64,000 nucleotides of DNA from Eledone cirrhosa (GCA_964016885.1 OZ024744.1:112778001-112842000), one strand, 5' to 3'. Shown: positions 41,700 to 53,088, counted from the first letter of the stretch. Numbers and translations are program-made. Notes: a model not told the origin generated them from the letters alone.

Positions 41700-43800
41700 T
41701 TTTGTTGTTGAAAGAATGTGATAAAGGCAAAGGAAAAACGAGTGCTCTATGTGTAGAACAGCTGTAAAAAATATTTTGTTGTTGAAATTATGTGATAAAG
41801 GCCCAAGGTGGTAAAATAAGAGAGAATGTTCAGGAAAAGATGAAGTGAAGAAGTGAATAATATGTAAAATAAATTTGAAATAAAGTAAAATAAAATAAAT
41901 GTTGAATATATAAAGTAAGAGAGATTGTTCAAGGTAAAAGTAAGGGAAAAGAAGAAATAAAATAGGTGTAATATAAAATAAGAGCTTAATATAAGTGTTG
42001 AATGTGTGATAAAGGTCCATAGTATTTAAAGTAAGAAAGAGTGTTCAAGGTGTAATATATGATAAGTGTTGCATGTGTGAAGAGGAGTGTTCAAGGTGGG
42101 TAAGTGTCCAAAATGGTGTTTTGATACCGAGAAAGGAGGTGAGTTCTTATATGTGGGCAAATTTTAAATATCTCAAAATTAGAGTTAAGACAGGTGTTAG
42201 GAGATTTCAGATTCTGTAGAATTCTTGTGCCTTTAACATATTCTTTTGATTGGTCTAAGATAGACCAATCAATTTCATATGGGATCCCATGCTCTTTCAT
42301 CTCCCACACTTTATTTGCCAGCTCCGTAGTTTTCTTTTTATCCTGGCGTTGAAAGGAAGCGACGTGTGCATAGTATCGTTTTTAAAAAGTATCCTGGGTC
42401 ATGCCCACATAACGTTCTCCGGTAGAAGGTTGGTTGGTGTGGGTAGGTCTTATAATTGCCTCATATACAATGGATTTGATGTTGCATTTACCTTGCAAAG
42501 GACATTCACCTGGGATTCCTCTGTCAGTTTTTATGGTGGTGATTTTCGATTTTATGGAAGGACTGCAAGAATAGGTAATCTTGACACAGTTTCTGTTAAA
42601 AATTTTGTTATATTTATGATGATGGGGGAAATGTTTATCTACTAATTCAAGGAATTTTCTACCTACATTAGTTTTGAGTGCTAAAGAGAAGGGTGGTGTG
42701 AACAAGATTATTTCTTTTCCTATTATTATGTGTAGAAGGATTAGAGGGGTTAGAAATATATTTAATTTGTTCAGTGAATCTGCTATTTTTAAGGGCCTTA
42801 TTATAGTCAGGGGCTGCTTTATTAAATATTTCTCCAGAAGAGGAGAAGGAAGATATCCTACGGTTAATAATAGGGATGAGGTTTTTGAATACTATGGGAG
42901 GGTGGCATGATTGTTTATTTATATATTTATATATCGTTAGGTTTATGGTAAGGTTTAAATGAAGCAGTGAGTAAGTCAAGGTTTATATCAAGGAAATTTA
43001 TGTTGGTAAGATTAGTATCTATAGTAATTTTAAGATTTAGGTCAGAAAATAGTTTAATTAAATCTTTACGAAAAGTGTCGAGGTCATGGCCATTGGTAGT
43101 ATGAGAGACTTGGTCCGTCGTCTCGCTATAACCCGATGGTATGACCTGGGAGTTTTTCCCTTATTGTGTGTAGAAGGAACAAACCAACCAAATCACACAC
43201 ATCGTCACTGCCAAAAGAACCCATAGAGACATCAAAAGGATTTTCTGGGTTTGATTTTTTTACCCAAGTTTCATTTTTGGCAAAAAGTAGAGTTTTCCTA
43301 GCATGTAAAATTACTCCCTCTTCTAAATTGGATATATTAGTAACATTTTTAGCGAAATCTAATGCTTTAGCTAATAAGGAGTGAGTTATATCGAATTGAG
43401 TGAATCTAGATATATATTTATCAGGTATAATATTAAACCATGAAACTACTGAAGCAGTATTAAGCCATTAATAAAGTTCTGTTTTACTTCTTATTTTTAA
43501 GATTATATTTCTTAAAATATTTTTACTGGCAAGACCAATTTCTGATTTAGCAAGCTTAATGAGTCTACAATTAGGTCTGTTAGTGAACTCTATTTTGTGG
43601 TCTTTCAGTGTAATATAGGCTTTACGTTTAGCCAGGCTTTCAGTTCTATTATCAATTTTTAATTTACTTGCAATGTCTTTAGCTTCAATATTTATATTAT
43701 AGGTGTTATTTTTGGCTTTTTGATATTTGGTAGTAATACTATCTGTTAAAAGTTGGTTATATAAATCGTTATTTACTTCTAAATATAGATACATATTTAC
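41700..43800 (-). mobile_element. Degenerate Penelope-like element (RT + GIY-YIG)
   Basis: AYITLKDHK..F...CRLI..KSEIG, TPPFS...TNVGRKFL.LVDKHFP, CPLQGKC..IVYEA..YVGMT, ICPH. Confidence 0.88.
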
Positions 43801-43879
43801 ATATGTATCTATTTGTAGTTTTGCGTATGTAATTGTATTCATGTTTAACTATATATGTGATGTCGCCGTATCATTTCAT

Positions 43880-44380
43880 ATATATATATATGTGTGTGTG
43901 TGTTCGCATATGTATGTTTTTGCAGACTAGTGTGTCTATGCTATATATACATACATATGTATATATGCATGTATGTGTATATATGTATGTATGTGATATA
44001 TGTGAATGTGTATATGTATTTGTATATGTCTGTATTTGTTTTTATATGTGTGTGTGTGTTTCTATATATATGCGTATGTCTGTGTACATGTACGTTTGTG
44101 TGTATATATATATGTGTGTGTGTGTGAGTGTGTGTGTTCGCATATGTATGTTTTTGCAGACTAGTGTGTATATGCCATATATACATACATATGTACATAT
44201 GCATGTATGTGTATATATGTATGTATGTGATATATGTGAGTGTGTATATGTATTTGTATGTGTCTGTATTTGTTTTTATGTGTGTGTGTGTTTCTATATA
44301 TATATGCGTGTGTCTGTGTACATGTACGTTTGTGTATATATATATATGTGTGTGTGTTTGCATGTATGTATGTATATATA
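43880..44380. repeat. Two tandem ~235-bp complex (TG/TA) units; inverted relative at 39680-39910
   Basis: TTTTTGCAGACTAGTGTG marker at ~43917 and ~44152; CACACTAGTCTG at 39885. Confidence 0.7.
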
Positions 44381-44699
44381 ACTGAACAAAAAGGAAAGAA
44401 CGAACACAGACATATATATGTGTGTGTTCAAATCGTAATGGACCCCAACGGCTGAGCTCCGGCCGTTCCGACAGCTAGATCCGAACGGCATTCAATACGG
44501 GTGGAACTCAGCTGTCAGGGTCCTGACTCTTTTTCTATGACCCACTCTACAGCCCTAAGTATTGAGTACTCTCATGCATTATGGTCCACCTGATTCCTTA
44601 CCACACTTTCTTTGTTGTTATATATAAATATATATATATGTACCACCCTTGCAAGCAGGGAAAAGTGGATGTAAAATGATGATGATGATGATGATGATG

Positions 44700-44784
44700 T
44701 ACATAAAAGATGTAGTGGGATCACAGGCAAGCTATCTAAGAACGTAGATTTTATATAGGACCGATGCTCAGGGAAAGGCAGACG

Positions 44785-44815
<31 letters not shown>

Positions 44816-46100
44816 CCACCCTTGCAAGCAGGGAATAGCGGACGTAAAAAGGTGATGATGATGATGATGATGTACAGAGAAGATGTAGTGGAATCACAGG
44901 TAAGCTATCTAAGAACGTAGATTTTGTATGTGGCCGATGCTCAGGTGCAGTAAGTAGCAAGCGCCCACTGGATACTATATCCTTCTATTGCCCAGGTGGT
45001 TCTATAGAAATAGTGGACAGCTTCCGTTACCTGGGTGACAAAATCAGCAGTGGTGGAGGGTGTTCTGAAAGTACAGTAGCTAGAGTCAGAACAGGATGGA
45101 AAAAGTTCAGAGAGTTAATACCACTGTTGACCACTAAAAGTTTCTCTCTAAAAATGAAAGGCAGGTTGTATGATGCCTGCATACGAACAGCAATGTTACA
45201 TGGCAGTGAGACTTGGGCATTGTGTGCAGAGGATCTGCGTAGATTGGAAAGGAACAAAGCATGCATGCTCCGTCGGATGTGTAATAGTTTGCTTGAGAGA
45301 AGATTACATTGGTATGTTCACGTGATGCGCATGAAAGACGACAGCTTTATAAAGAAGTGCAGGGCGATCAAAATTGATGGAACTATGGAGTAGGTAGACC
45401 CAGAATGATCTGGGACAAGGTGATAAAAGCTGACCTTGCGCACTTGCATCTCTCTAAGACAATGTCAATGGATTGAGATCTTTGGCATTATGCAGTAATA
45501 CAGAAGACCTGCCTTCCCTTGCGCACAAACTTACACCTACTGTCAGTAGGCACCTCTTAACCCTTTAGCATTTGTATTACTCTATATATTCTATTGTATT
45601 TTCGCTGTAAAGGCTTTATTTGTCATAATATATCGCATGATATTGAATCTATGAGATTTCAATATTTTTTATTTTGAGAACAATACTTTAACATCAATAT
45701 GAGTGGCCAGTTACAGCCGGTTTGAACAGAAAGAGGTGAGAGAATTCTGGCCGGATACGGCCGATTTAAATGCTAAAGGGTTAACCCAATATGCACCCCC
45801 ACCCCACATCCCACACACATACTCCATCCTCCCACTTCCACCCACACCACCTTTTCTCTGTAAAGTTATGTTGGTACCACAACATCCAGCCCACACTGTA
45901 AAGTGGTCATGTAGGAGACATGGTAAAAAGCACCCAGTCCACACTGAAAATGTGGTTGGTGTTAGGAAGGGCATCCAGCCATAGACAACCAGCGCGAAAC
46001 AGTTTTATATGAGCAAGACACGGTCACCTGACCAAACTTGCTTCAAGTAGGACAAACCCGTCAAACCCATGCTAGTAAAATAGATGTTAAATGATGATAT
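44700..46100 (+). mobile_element. RTE LINE 3' fragment with 3' UTR, interrupted by a MITE
   Basis: HKRCSGITGKL, DSFRYLGD.ISSGGGC, LHGSETW; GTTAGGAAGGGCATCCAGC tail. Confidence 0.88.
45561..45780. mobile_element. piggyBac-type MITE (220 bp), TIR CCCTTTAGCATTT, TTAA target-site duplication
   Basis: TTAA|CCCTTTAGCATTT...AAATGCTAAAGGG|TTAA; empty site CACCTCTTAACCAAAT present in the sister RTE copy at 40535-40550. Confidence 0.9.
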
Positions 46101-46332
46101 ATATATATATATATATATATAAAAACAAATAACGAAACGAAATTAAATTTCGTTTCGTTTGTAACTCACTTTTGTATGACTGACGCTTAAACAATTAAGT
46201 TAAAAATGTACATCTACATATGCATACTGAAATACTAGTATGCATATGAATACACACACGTATACTACTCATAGAAAAAGCATATAACGATATGTGCTTT
46301 TACGATTCTCCAGAAAGGCCGGTAGATAGGTA

Positions 46333-46377
46333 AATATTGCTGATGAGTTGTAACAACAACGAAACTAGTTCAATATT
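46333..46377 (+). ncRNA. Canonical minimal type-I hammerhead ribozyme
   Basis: AATATTG-CTGATGA-GTTGT(AACA)ACAAC-GAAA-CTAG-TT-CAATATT; all core nucleotides intact. Confidence 0.88.
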
Positions 46378-46595
46378 CCTTGTCTGGCTTTCTGGAGAAT
46401 AGAGGAAAGGTGTTTCCTCAAAAACCAGTATGACTCTAAAAACCGGTTTGTCTGTGTGTTTACATACGGAATAGCTGGATACTCACAGTAAAGTAACCAG
46501 TGAAAGACTTGGTACATCTACATATGTATACGTGTGTGTATTCATATGCATACTAGTATTTCAGTATGCATATGTAGATGTACATTTTTAACTTA

Positions 46596-46632
<37 letters not shown>

Positions 46633-46950
46633 TCATCATCATCATCATCATCGTTTAACGTCCATGTTCCACGCTTGCATGGGTTTGGATGGGAGTTTTC
46701 CCACTTGAGGCAAGAGTGGTTGTCTTGCTCGCATAGGACTGTCTGGCGGGTTTTCTACAGTTGGATGCCCTTCCTAAAACCAACCACATTTACAGTGTGG
46801 GGCTGGGAGGTTTTTACCGTGTTGCCTACACGGCCACATTACAGCGTGGACTGTCTGGCGGGTTTTCTACAGCTGGATGCCCTTCCTATATATACAATTA
46901 TATATACAATTGATATTAAATAAATGGAAACTATATTTATAAAACATATT

Positions 46951-47011
46951 TATTCTATTATATATATTTCAAGAGTACCAAAAATTTGGTATGCTATCAT
47001 CAGATAAAATA
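46951..47011 (-). ncRNA. Type-I hammerhead ribozyme
   Basis: Minus strand: TATTTTAT-CTGATGA-TAGCATACCAAATTTTTGGTACTCTT-GAAA-TATATA-TA-ATAGAATA. Confidence 0.7.
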
Positions 47012-47238
47012 CAAAATATTTTATAAATATTTGACATATAATAGAATAAATATGGTTTTATAAATATAGTTTCCATTTATTTAATATCAATTGAATACTG
47101 ACTCCAGAAAACTGTCGAGTGCTTTGAATCAGTTGTAAACATCTATATTTGTTGGATTGCCAACAAATTAAATATCTCTTATACATATATATATATATAA
47201 ATAATATAAAATCAAAAGATGGTTAAAAGAGTTCCATG

Positions 47239-47309
47239 TATTTTATTATGCGCATTTCAAAAACAAATATCATCATGGGATGATATTTGCGTTCTCATCA
47301 GATAAAATA
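47239..47309 (-). ncRNA. Type-I hammerhead ribozyme (same family as 35152)
   Basis: Reverse complement of the 47369-47439 copy. Confidence 0.85.
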
Positions 47310-47368
47310 GGGAGACATGATATATGTCATGTCTCCCTATTGATATATTGATATATATCATGTCTCCC

Positions 47369-47439
47369 TATTTTATCTGATGAGAACGCAAATATCATCC
47401 CATGATGATATTTGTTTTTGAAATGCGCATAATAAAATA
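47369..47439 (+). ncRNA. Type-I hammerhead ribozyme (same family as 38760)
   Basis: TATTTTAT CTGATGA GAACGCAAATATCATC CCAT GATGATATTTGT TTTT GAAA TGCGCA TA ATAAAATA. Confidence 0.85.
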
Positions 47440-47558
47440 CATGGAACTCTTTTAACCATCTTTTGATTTTATATTATTTATACTCCAGTCCTATAAACTG
47501 TTGAGTGCTACTTATCCGATATTTGCATTGCTTTATTGTGCTACAATAAAACTCACCT

Positions 47559-47603
<45 letters not shown>

Positions 47604-48137
47604 TGTAGTAAAAGTTTGGTAGAAATATCCAAAGGTAACAGCACTCACTTCATAGGATGAGTTAAGTATAACAGGTACTTAAGTTTCATTGGGTTATACA
47701 CAGTAACTTTTATTCAGCCTGTTATAAAAAGAAAGATGGCCTATATATATCTAGTTTATATATATATATATATAAACTAGGTATTACTGTTATTTCTTTG
47801 AACTATCAGGTTTAGCAGTCATCTAAGCAAAGAGATGCTCAGAATCTCAGAATGTTCTTTCACAAACAGTTATGTTTAACCAACTTGTGATAGTGGCAAC
47901 GTTCTGTATATGAGGCTGCGTGTGGAAGTGTGTGTAGCAGAGGGGGGGGGGAGGTCACCTGATGACCTTGAAAGATGAAACCAGTTTTCTGTCATTTGAT
48001 ATAAAGTAAATTTTGGAAGGAAACCCATACTTACTAAATTATTATTAGCACTACTGTTTTTACCAAAGACTTCACTTATTTTATATACATATTTCTAAAA
48101 TGTTCCTGGTGGCAGCAACAATTCCAGTGCCTCATGC

Positions 48138-48350
48138 TGGTGAATTGGCAGACTTGGTAGAGCATCAGTTAAAATACCATTGTGGTATTTCTTCTGACTC
48201 TTTAGATTCTGAGTTCAAATCCTGTTATGTTCAACTTTGCCTTTCATTCTTCTGAGGTTGATAAAATAAAGTACCAGTAAATCACTGGAGTTGATTTTAT
48301 CAACTTTGCCTTTCCCCAAAATTTGCTGTCTTTGTGTATAGAAATCAATA
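48138..48350 (+). mobile_element. Older, diverged tRNA-derived SINE
   Basis: TTGGCAGACTTGGTAG, GAGTTCAAATCC, GCCTTTCATTCT...GATAAAATAAAGTACCAGT. Confidence 0.75.
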
Positions 48351-48379
48351 TAAAATAAATAAATAAATAAATATATATA

Positions 48380-50465
48380 CATTGAAGCTCCAACGTCTGG
48401 CAACTGACTTGGTAAACACCCACAAAATTAATAACCATCTTGCCAACAACAACCCTGAGCATCTTTTTGAATTGCATGTGTCTAATGCATGTGGGCATGC
48501 CTACAAAATCAGAAAACAGCACAGCTCCCATGACTTTCGGAAACATTTTTTCACGCTCAGAGTTGCTGAAGCATGGAACAAACTACCTGCATCAGTTGTT
48601 AGCTGTTGAGACACTGCATCCTTTAAAACCTCCATGGAACAAACTACCTGCATCAGTTGTTAGCTGTTGAGACACTGCATCCTTTAAAACCTCCATGGAA
48701 CAAACTACCTGCATCAGTTGTTAGCTGTTGAGACACTGCATCCTTTAAAACCTCCATGGAACAAACTACCTGCATCAGTTGTTAGCTGTTGAGACACTGC
48801 ATCCTTTAAAACCTCCATGGAACAAACTACCTGCATCAGTTGTTAGCTCTTGAGACACTGCATCCTTTAAAACCTCCATGGAACAAACTACCTGCATCAG
48901 TTGTTAGCTGTTGAGACACTGCATCCTTTAAAACCTCCATGGAACAAACTACCTGCATCAGTTGTTAGCTGTTGAGACACTGCATCCTTTAAAACCTCCA
49001 TGGAACAAACTACCTGCATCAGTTGTTAGCTGTTGAGACACTGCATCCTTTAAAACCTCCATGGAACAAACTACCTGCATCAGTTGTTAGCTCTTGAGAC
49101 ACTGCATCCTTTAAAACCTCCATGGAACAAACTACCTGCATCAGTTGTTAGCTGTTGAGACACTGCATCCTTTAAAACCTCCATGGAACAAACTACCTGC
49201 ATCAGTTGTTAGCTGTTGAGACACTGCATCCTTTAAAACCTCCATGGAACAAACTACCTGCATCAGTTGTTAGCTGTTGAGACACTGCATCCTTTAAAAC
49301 CTCCATGGAACAAACTACCTGCATCAGTTGTTAGCTCTTGAGACACTGCATCCTTTAAAACCTCCATGGAACAAACTACCTGCATCAGTTGTTAGCTGTT
49401 GAGACACTGCATCCTTTAAAACCTCCATGGAACAAACTACCTGCATCAGTTGTTAGCTGTTGAGACACTGCATCCTTTAAAACCTCCATGGAACAAACTA
49501 CCTGCATCAGTTGTTAGCTGTTGAGACACTGCATCCTTTAAAACCTCCATGGAACAAACTACCTGCATCAGTTGTTAGCTCTTGAGACACTGCATCCTTT
49601 AAAACCTCCATGGAACAAACTACCTGCATCAGTTGTTAGCTGTTGAGACACTGCATCCTTTAAAACCTCCATGGAACAAACTACCTGCATCAGTTGTTAG
49701 CTGTTGAGACACTGCATCCTTTAAAACCTCCATGGAACAAACTACCTGCATCAGTTGTTAGCTGTTGAGACACTGCATCCTTTAAAACCTCCATGGAACA
49801 AACTACCTGCATCAGTTGTTAGCTCTTGAGACACTGCATCCTTTAAAACCTCCATGGAACAAACTACCTGCATCAGTTGTTAGCTGTTGAGACACTGCAT
49901 CCTTTAAAACCTCCATGGAACAAACTACCTGCATCAGTTGTTAGCTGTTGAGACACTGCATCCTTTAAAACCTCCATGGAACAAACTACCTGCATCAGTT
50001 GTTAGCTGTTGAGACACTGCATCCTTTAAAACCTCCATGGAACAAACTACCTGCATCAGTTGTTAGCTCTTGAGACACTGCATCCTTTAAAACCTCCATG
50101 GAACAAACTACCTGCATCAGTTGTTAGCTGTTGAGACACTGCATCCTTTAAAACCTCCATGGAACAAACTACCTGCATCAGTTGTTAGCTGTTGAGACAC
50201 TGCATCCTTTAAAACCTCCATGGAACAAACTACCTGCATCAGTTGTTAGCTGTCGAGACACTGCATCCTTTAAAACCTTCATGCTTCCTGAGATTCACCA
50301 ACACTACACCTGATATCCCCCCTCCATACACATGCACATTTGTATATCATGACTCATACACTGTTCACTTTCCTGACATTTATACATTATCCTATTACTA
50401 TACATGCACCTTTGATGAGTTGTAGTGCACCTGAGTAGTGTACACAATAATTTCATTATTATTAT
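48380..50465 (+). mobile_element. CR1/L2-like LINE 3' fragment containing an internal 61-bp tandem array
   Basis: RLATDLVNTHKI...GHAYKI...RKHFFTLRVAEAWNKLPASVV (CR1-type ORF2 C-terminus); (ATT)n tail. Confidence 0.85.
48572..50283. repeat. 61-bp tandem array, ~28 near-identical copies, with a 244-bp (4-mer) higher-order repeat
   Basis: Unit CATGGAACAAACTACCTGCATCAGTTGTTAGCTGTTGAGACACTGCATCCTTTAAAACCTC; variant GCTCTT at 48846, 49090, 49334, 49578, 49822, 50066. Confidence 0.97.
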
Positions 50466-50487
50466 TATCATTATATTATATATAGTG

Positions 50488-50676
50488 GAAAGGGCGGTGG
50501 ATTGGCAGTATCGGTAGACGGTCGGACGCCATGCTTTCCAGCATAGTTACGTCCCTTTACGATCTGAGTTCAAATCCCGCCGAGGTTGACTTTGCCTTTC
50601 ATCCTTACGGGGTCGATAAAATAAAGTACCAGTAATGCACTGGGTAATTGCTGGCCTTGTGCCTAAAGTAGAAACA
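50488..50676 (+). mobile_element. Full-length tRNA-derived SINE with 18-bp TSD
   Basis: A box TGGCAGTATCGG, B box GAGTTCAAATCC; TSD ATTATATTATATATAGTG at 50470 and 50677. Confidence 0.9.
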
Positions 50677-51035
50677 ATTATATTATATATAGTGTTTTAA
50701 CTTCAAACTTATATATACTCTCTATATATTTTTATGACATTTATGCCAATAATTGATAGAGTAAGCCTTTTAATTGTAGGTTATGTATATCAGAAACTGT
50801 TATTAGGGTTTGGTTTAGGGATAAGGTTTGGGCAAAGGTGGAAGAACCTTTTAATATTGAAAGGCCACATTAAGTTACTTGTAATATAATAAAGCTGCAT
50901 TCAAGAAACCAGATTTGTATATTCTTAATATCTACTAATTTTTTAATTCTGGCTGTCAGTGGATTATTTCCTTGAATTTTATTTTACTCTTTGATATTTA
51001 AAATATGTTCATCTAATGGTTTAAATTAAAATAAT

Positions 51036-51217
51036 TCTTTCTACTTTAGGCACAAGGCCAGCAATTACCCAGTGCATTACTGGTACTTTATTTTATCGAC
51101 CCCGTAAGGATGAAAGGCAAAGTCAACCTCAGCGGGATTTGAACTCAGATCGTAAAGGGACGTAACTATGCTGGAAAGCATGGCGTCCGACCCTCTACTG
51201 ATACTGCCAATCCACCA
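51036..51217 (-). mobile_element. Full-length tRNA-derived SINE (same family) with 16-bp TSD
   Basis: Reverse complement of the 50488 copy; TSD TTTAAATTAAAATAAT at 51020 and 51218. Confidence 0.9.
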
Positions 51218-51336
51218 TTTAAATTAAAATAATAAGAGATAGATAAAAGCAATAAAAATTAAACATTTGTTGGAAATGTTTGATTCTTTCAAAAGGCTAC
51301 ACAGAATTGTATGGAAAGCTGCAGAGTCCCATCTCT

Positions 51337-51432
51337 GGGTTAGGGGTTAGGGTTAAGTGATTTTGGGTGGGGGTTAGGGTTAGGGTTAGGGTTATGCATT
51401 GGGGTTAGAGTTAGGAGTTAGGGTTAGGGTTA
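51337..51432 (+). repeat. Degenerate interstitial (TTAGGG)n tract
   Basis: GGGTTAGGGTTAGGGTTAGGGTTA and variants. Confidence 0.7.
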
Positions 51433-51984
51433 ATCAACTTTGCCCTGTCCCCACCCCACCAAATTTAAAAACTATTATTTGTTCTGGAGCTGCACTCTCA
51501 GTTCAAATCCTTTTTCCTTTCATTTTTCAGGGGTTAAATAAATGAAATACCAGTCATATACTGGGGTTCAGTCATCTCCACAAATCACTCACTTTTTCCC
51601 CCTTCATTATCTGGAAGAAATGGTGGGGTGGCTTATGACAGGGTTTTATCATTTATCAGTCATGGGTAGACATTATCCAGTGGAAAGTTGAACATTTTGG
51701 GGGGGTTTTAAATCACCACCACCACCATCAACACTACCCACACCTCCATCACCAACACCACCACCACAATCAGCAACAGCACTAACACCACCACCACTAC
51801 CCTCACCACCACTATCTTCACCCTTACCACCACCACCACTATCTTCACCCTTACCACCACCACCAACAACACTAACACCAGCACTGCCAACTTCACCATC
51901 AACAATCCGCCCTTACCACTACACCCAACAGCAACACCTCCACCACACTCACCACAACCACAGTCAACAACACCATTACCATCA

Positions 51985-52537
51985 CCAACATGATAGGACT
52001 GTGGTCCCTATCATTAAAACACCTGAGAAACCTCCTATGAGATACAACTTTGTAGGCGACAAGCTAAACTTACATAGGTGTGAGATGTAACAACAAAATG
52101 ATAGGACTGGGGTCCCTATCATTAAAACACCCAAAAAATCTACTGTGAGACACAACCTTGTAGGAGACCAGCTAAACCTACATAGATGTGAGATGTAACA
52201 TGATAGGACTGGGGTCCCTATCATTAAAACACCCAAGAAACCTCCTATGAGATACAACCTTGTAGGAGAGCAACGAAACCTACATAGGTGTGAGATGTAA
52301 CATGATAGGACTGGGGTCCCTATCATTAAAACACCCAAGAAACCTCCTATGAGATACAACCTTGTAGGAGAGCAACTAAACCTACATAGGTGTGAGATGT
52401 AACAACATGATAGGACTGGGGTCCCTATCATTAAAACACCCCAAAAACCTCCTATGAGATACAACCTTGTAGGAGAGCAACTAAACCTACATAGGTGTGA
52501 TATGTAACAACATGATAGGACTGGGTCCCTATCATTA
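51985..52537 (-). repeat. ~102-108-bp minisatellite, ~5.5 copies, with hairpin ATGATAGG-ACTGGGGTC-CCTATCAT
   Basis: CCCTATCATTAA recurs at ~52006, 52114, 52216, 52318, 52423, 52528. Confidence 0.9.
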
Positions 52538-52538
52538 A

Positions 52539-52742
52539 CCATTTAGCATTTACATTACTCTATATTTACTATTGTATTTTTGTGGTAAAGGCTTTACCTC
52601 ACATAATTATCTCGCATAATATTGAATCTATGAGATTTTGATATTTATTTTGAGAGCAATACCTTAACGTCAGTATGAGTGGTCAGTTATGGCCGGTTTG
52701 AGCAGAAAGAGGTGAGAGAAATTTGGCCAGATACAGCTGGTT
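52539..52742 (+). mobile_element. Second, 3'-truncated copy of the piggyBac-type MITE
   Basis: TTAA|CCATTTAGCATTT...; aligns to 45561-45765. Confidence 0.8.
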
Positions 52743-52833
52743 AGGAGACTAACTAAACCTACATAAGTGTTAGATATACTTGTAAATGCAATTTCAGTTC
52801 ATTCTAAACACTAACTTTCCTTTCTGTTTACAG

Positions 52834-53088
52834 GTACTGATGCCTTGATAGAATTATTTACTTATCGTGGGATTAAATCACCTGATCCTAGCTGGCATAC
52901 ACTGTCACAAGATGGCGCTACTGCCAGCATTGTGTATAGAATACGGGTCCTCTGTGATAAAAACTATTATAGTAAAACTTGCAAAAAACTATGTAAACCC
53001 AGAAATGACTCTTTTGGGTACAATACCTGTAATGAAAGTGGGGACAAAATTTGTTTGGAAGGCTGGACAGGGAATCATTGTATGACAG
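52834..53088 (+). CDS. Internal coding exon of a Serrate/Jagged-like (DSL family) Notch ligand: end of the MNNL/C2 domain plus the DSL domain
   Basis: Acceptor tttcctttctgtttacAG, donor AG|GTAAGA; 255 bp, phase 1-1; TDALIELFTYRGIKSPDPSWHTLSQDGATASIVYRIRVLCDKNYYSKTCKKLCKPRNDSFGYNTCNESGDKICLEGWTGNHCMT with all six DSL cysteines; matches the layout of the DSL exon of vertebrate JAG1 as I recall it. Confidence 0.93.

Noticed and set aside
47953-47990. CTGATGA...GAAACCAGTT
   Set aside because: Stems I and II do not pair convincingly; at best a decayed remnant
48572-50283. CRISPR-like regular repeats
   Set aside because: No unique spacers, eukaryotic context, and the unit is LINE coding sequence
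51337-51432. True telomere or chromosome fusion site
   Set aside because: Short, degenerate, single orientation
52831-52840. Recursive splice site CAG|GT at the exon start
   Set aside because: GTACTG is a poor donor match
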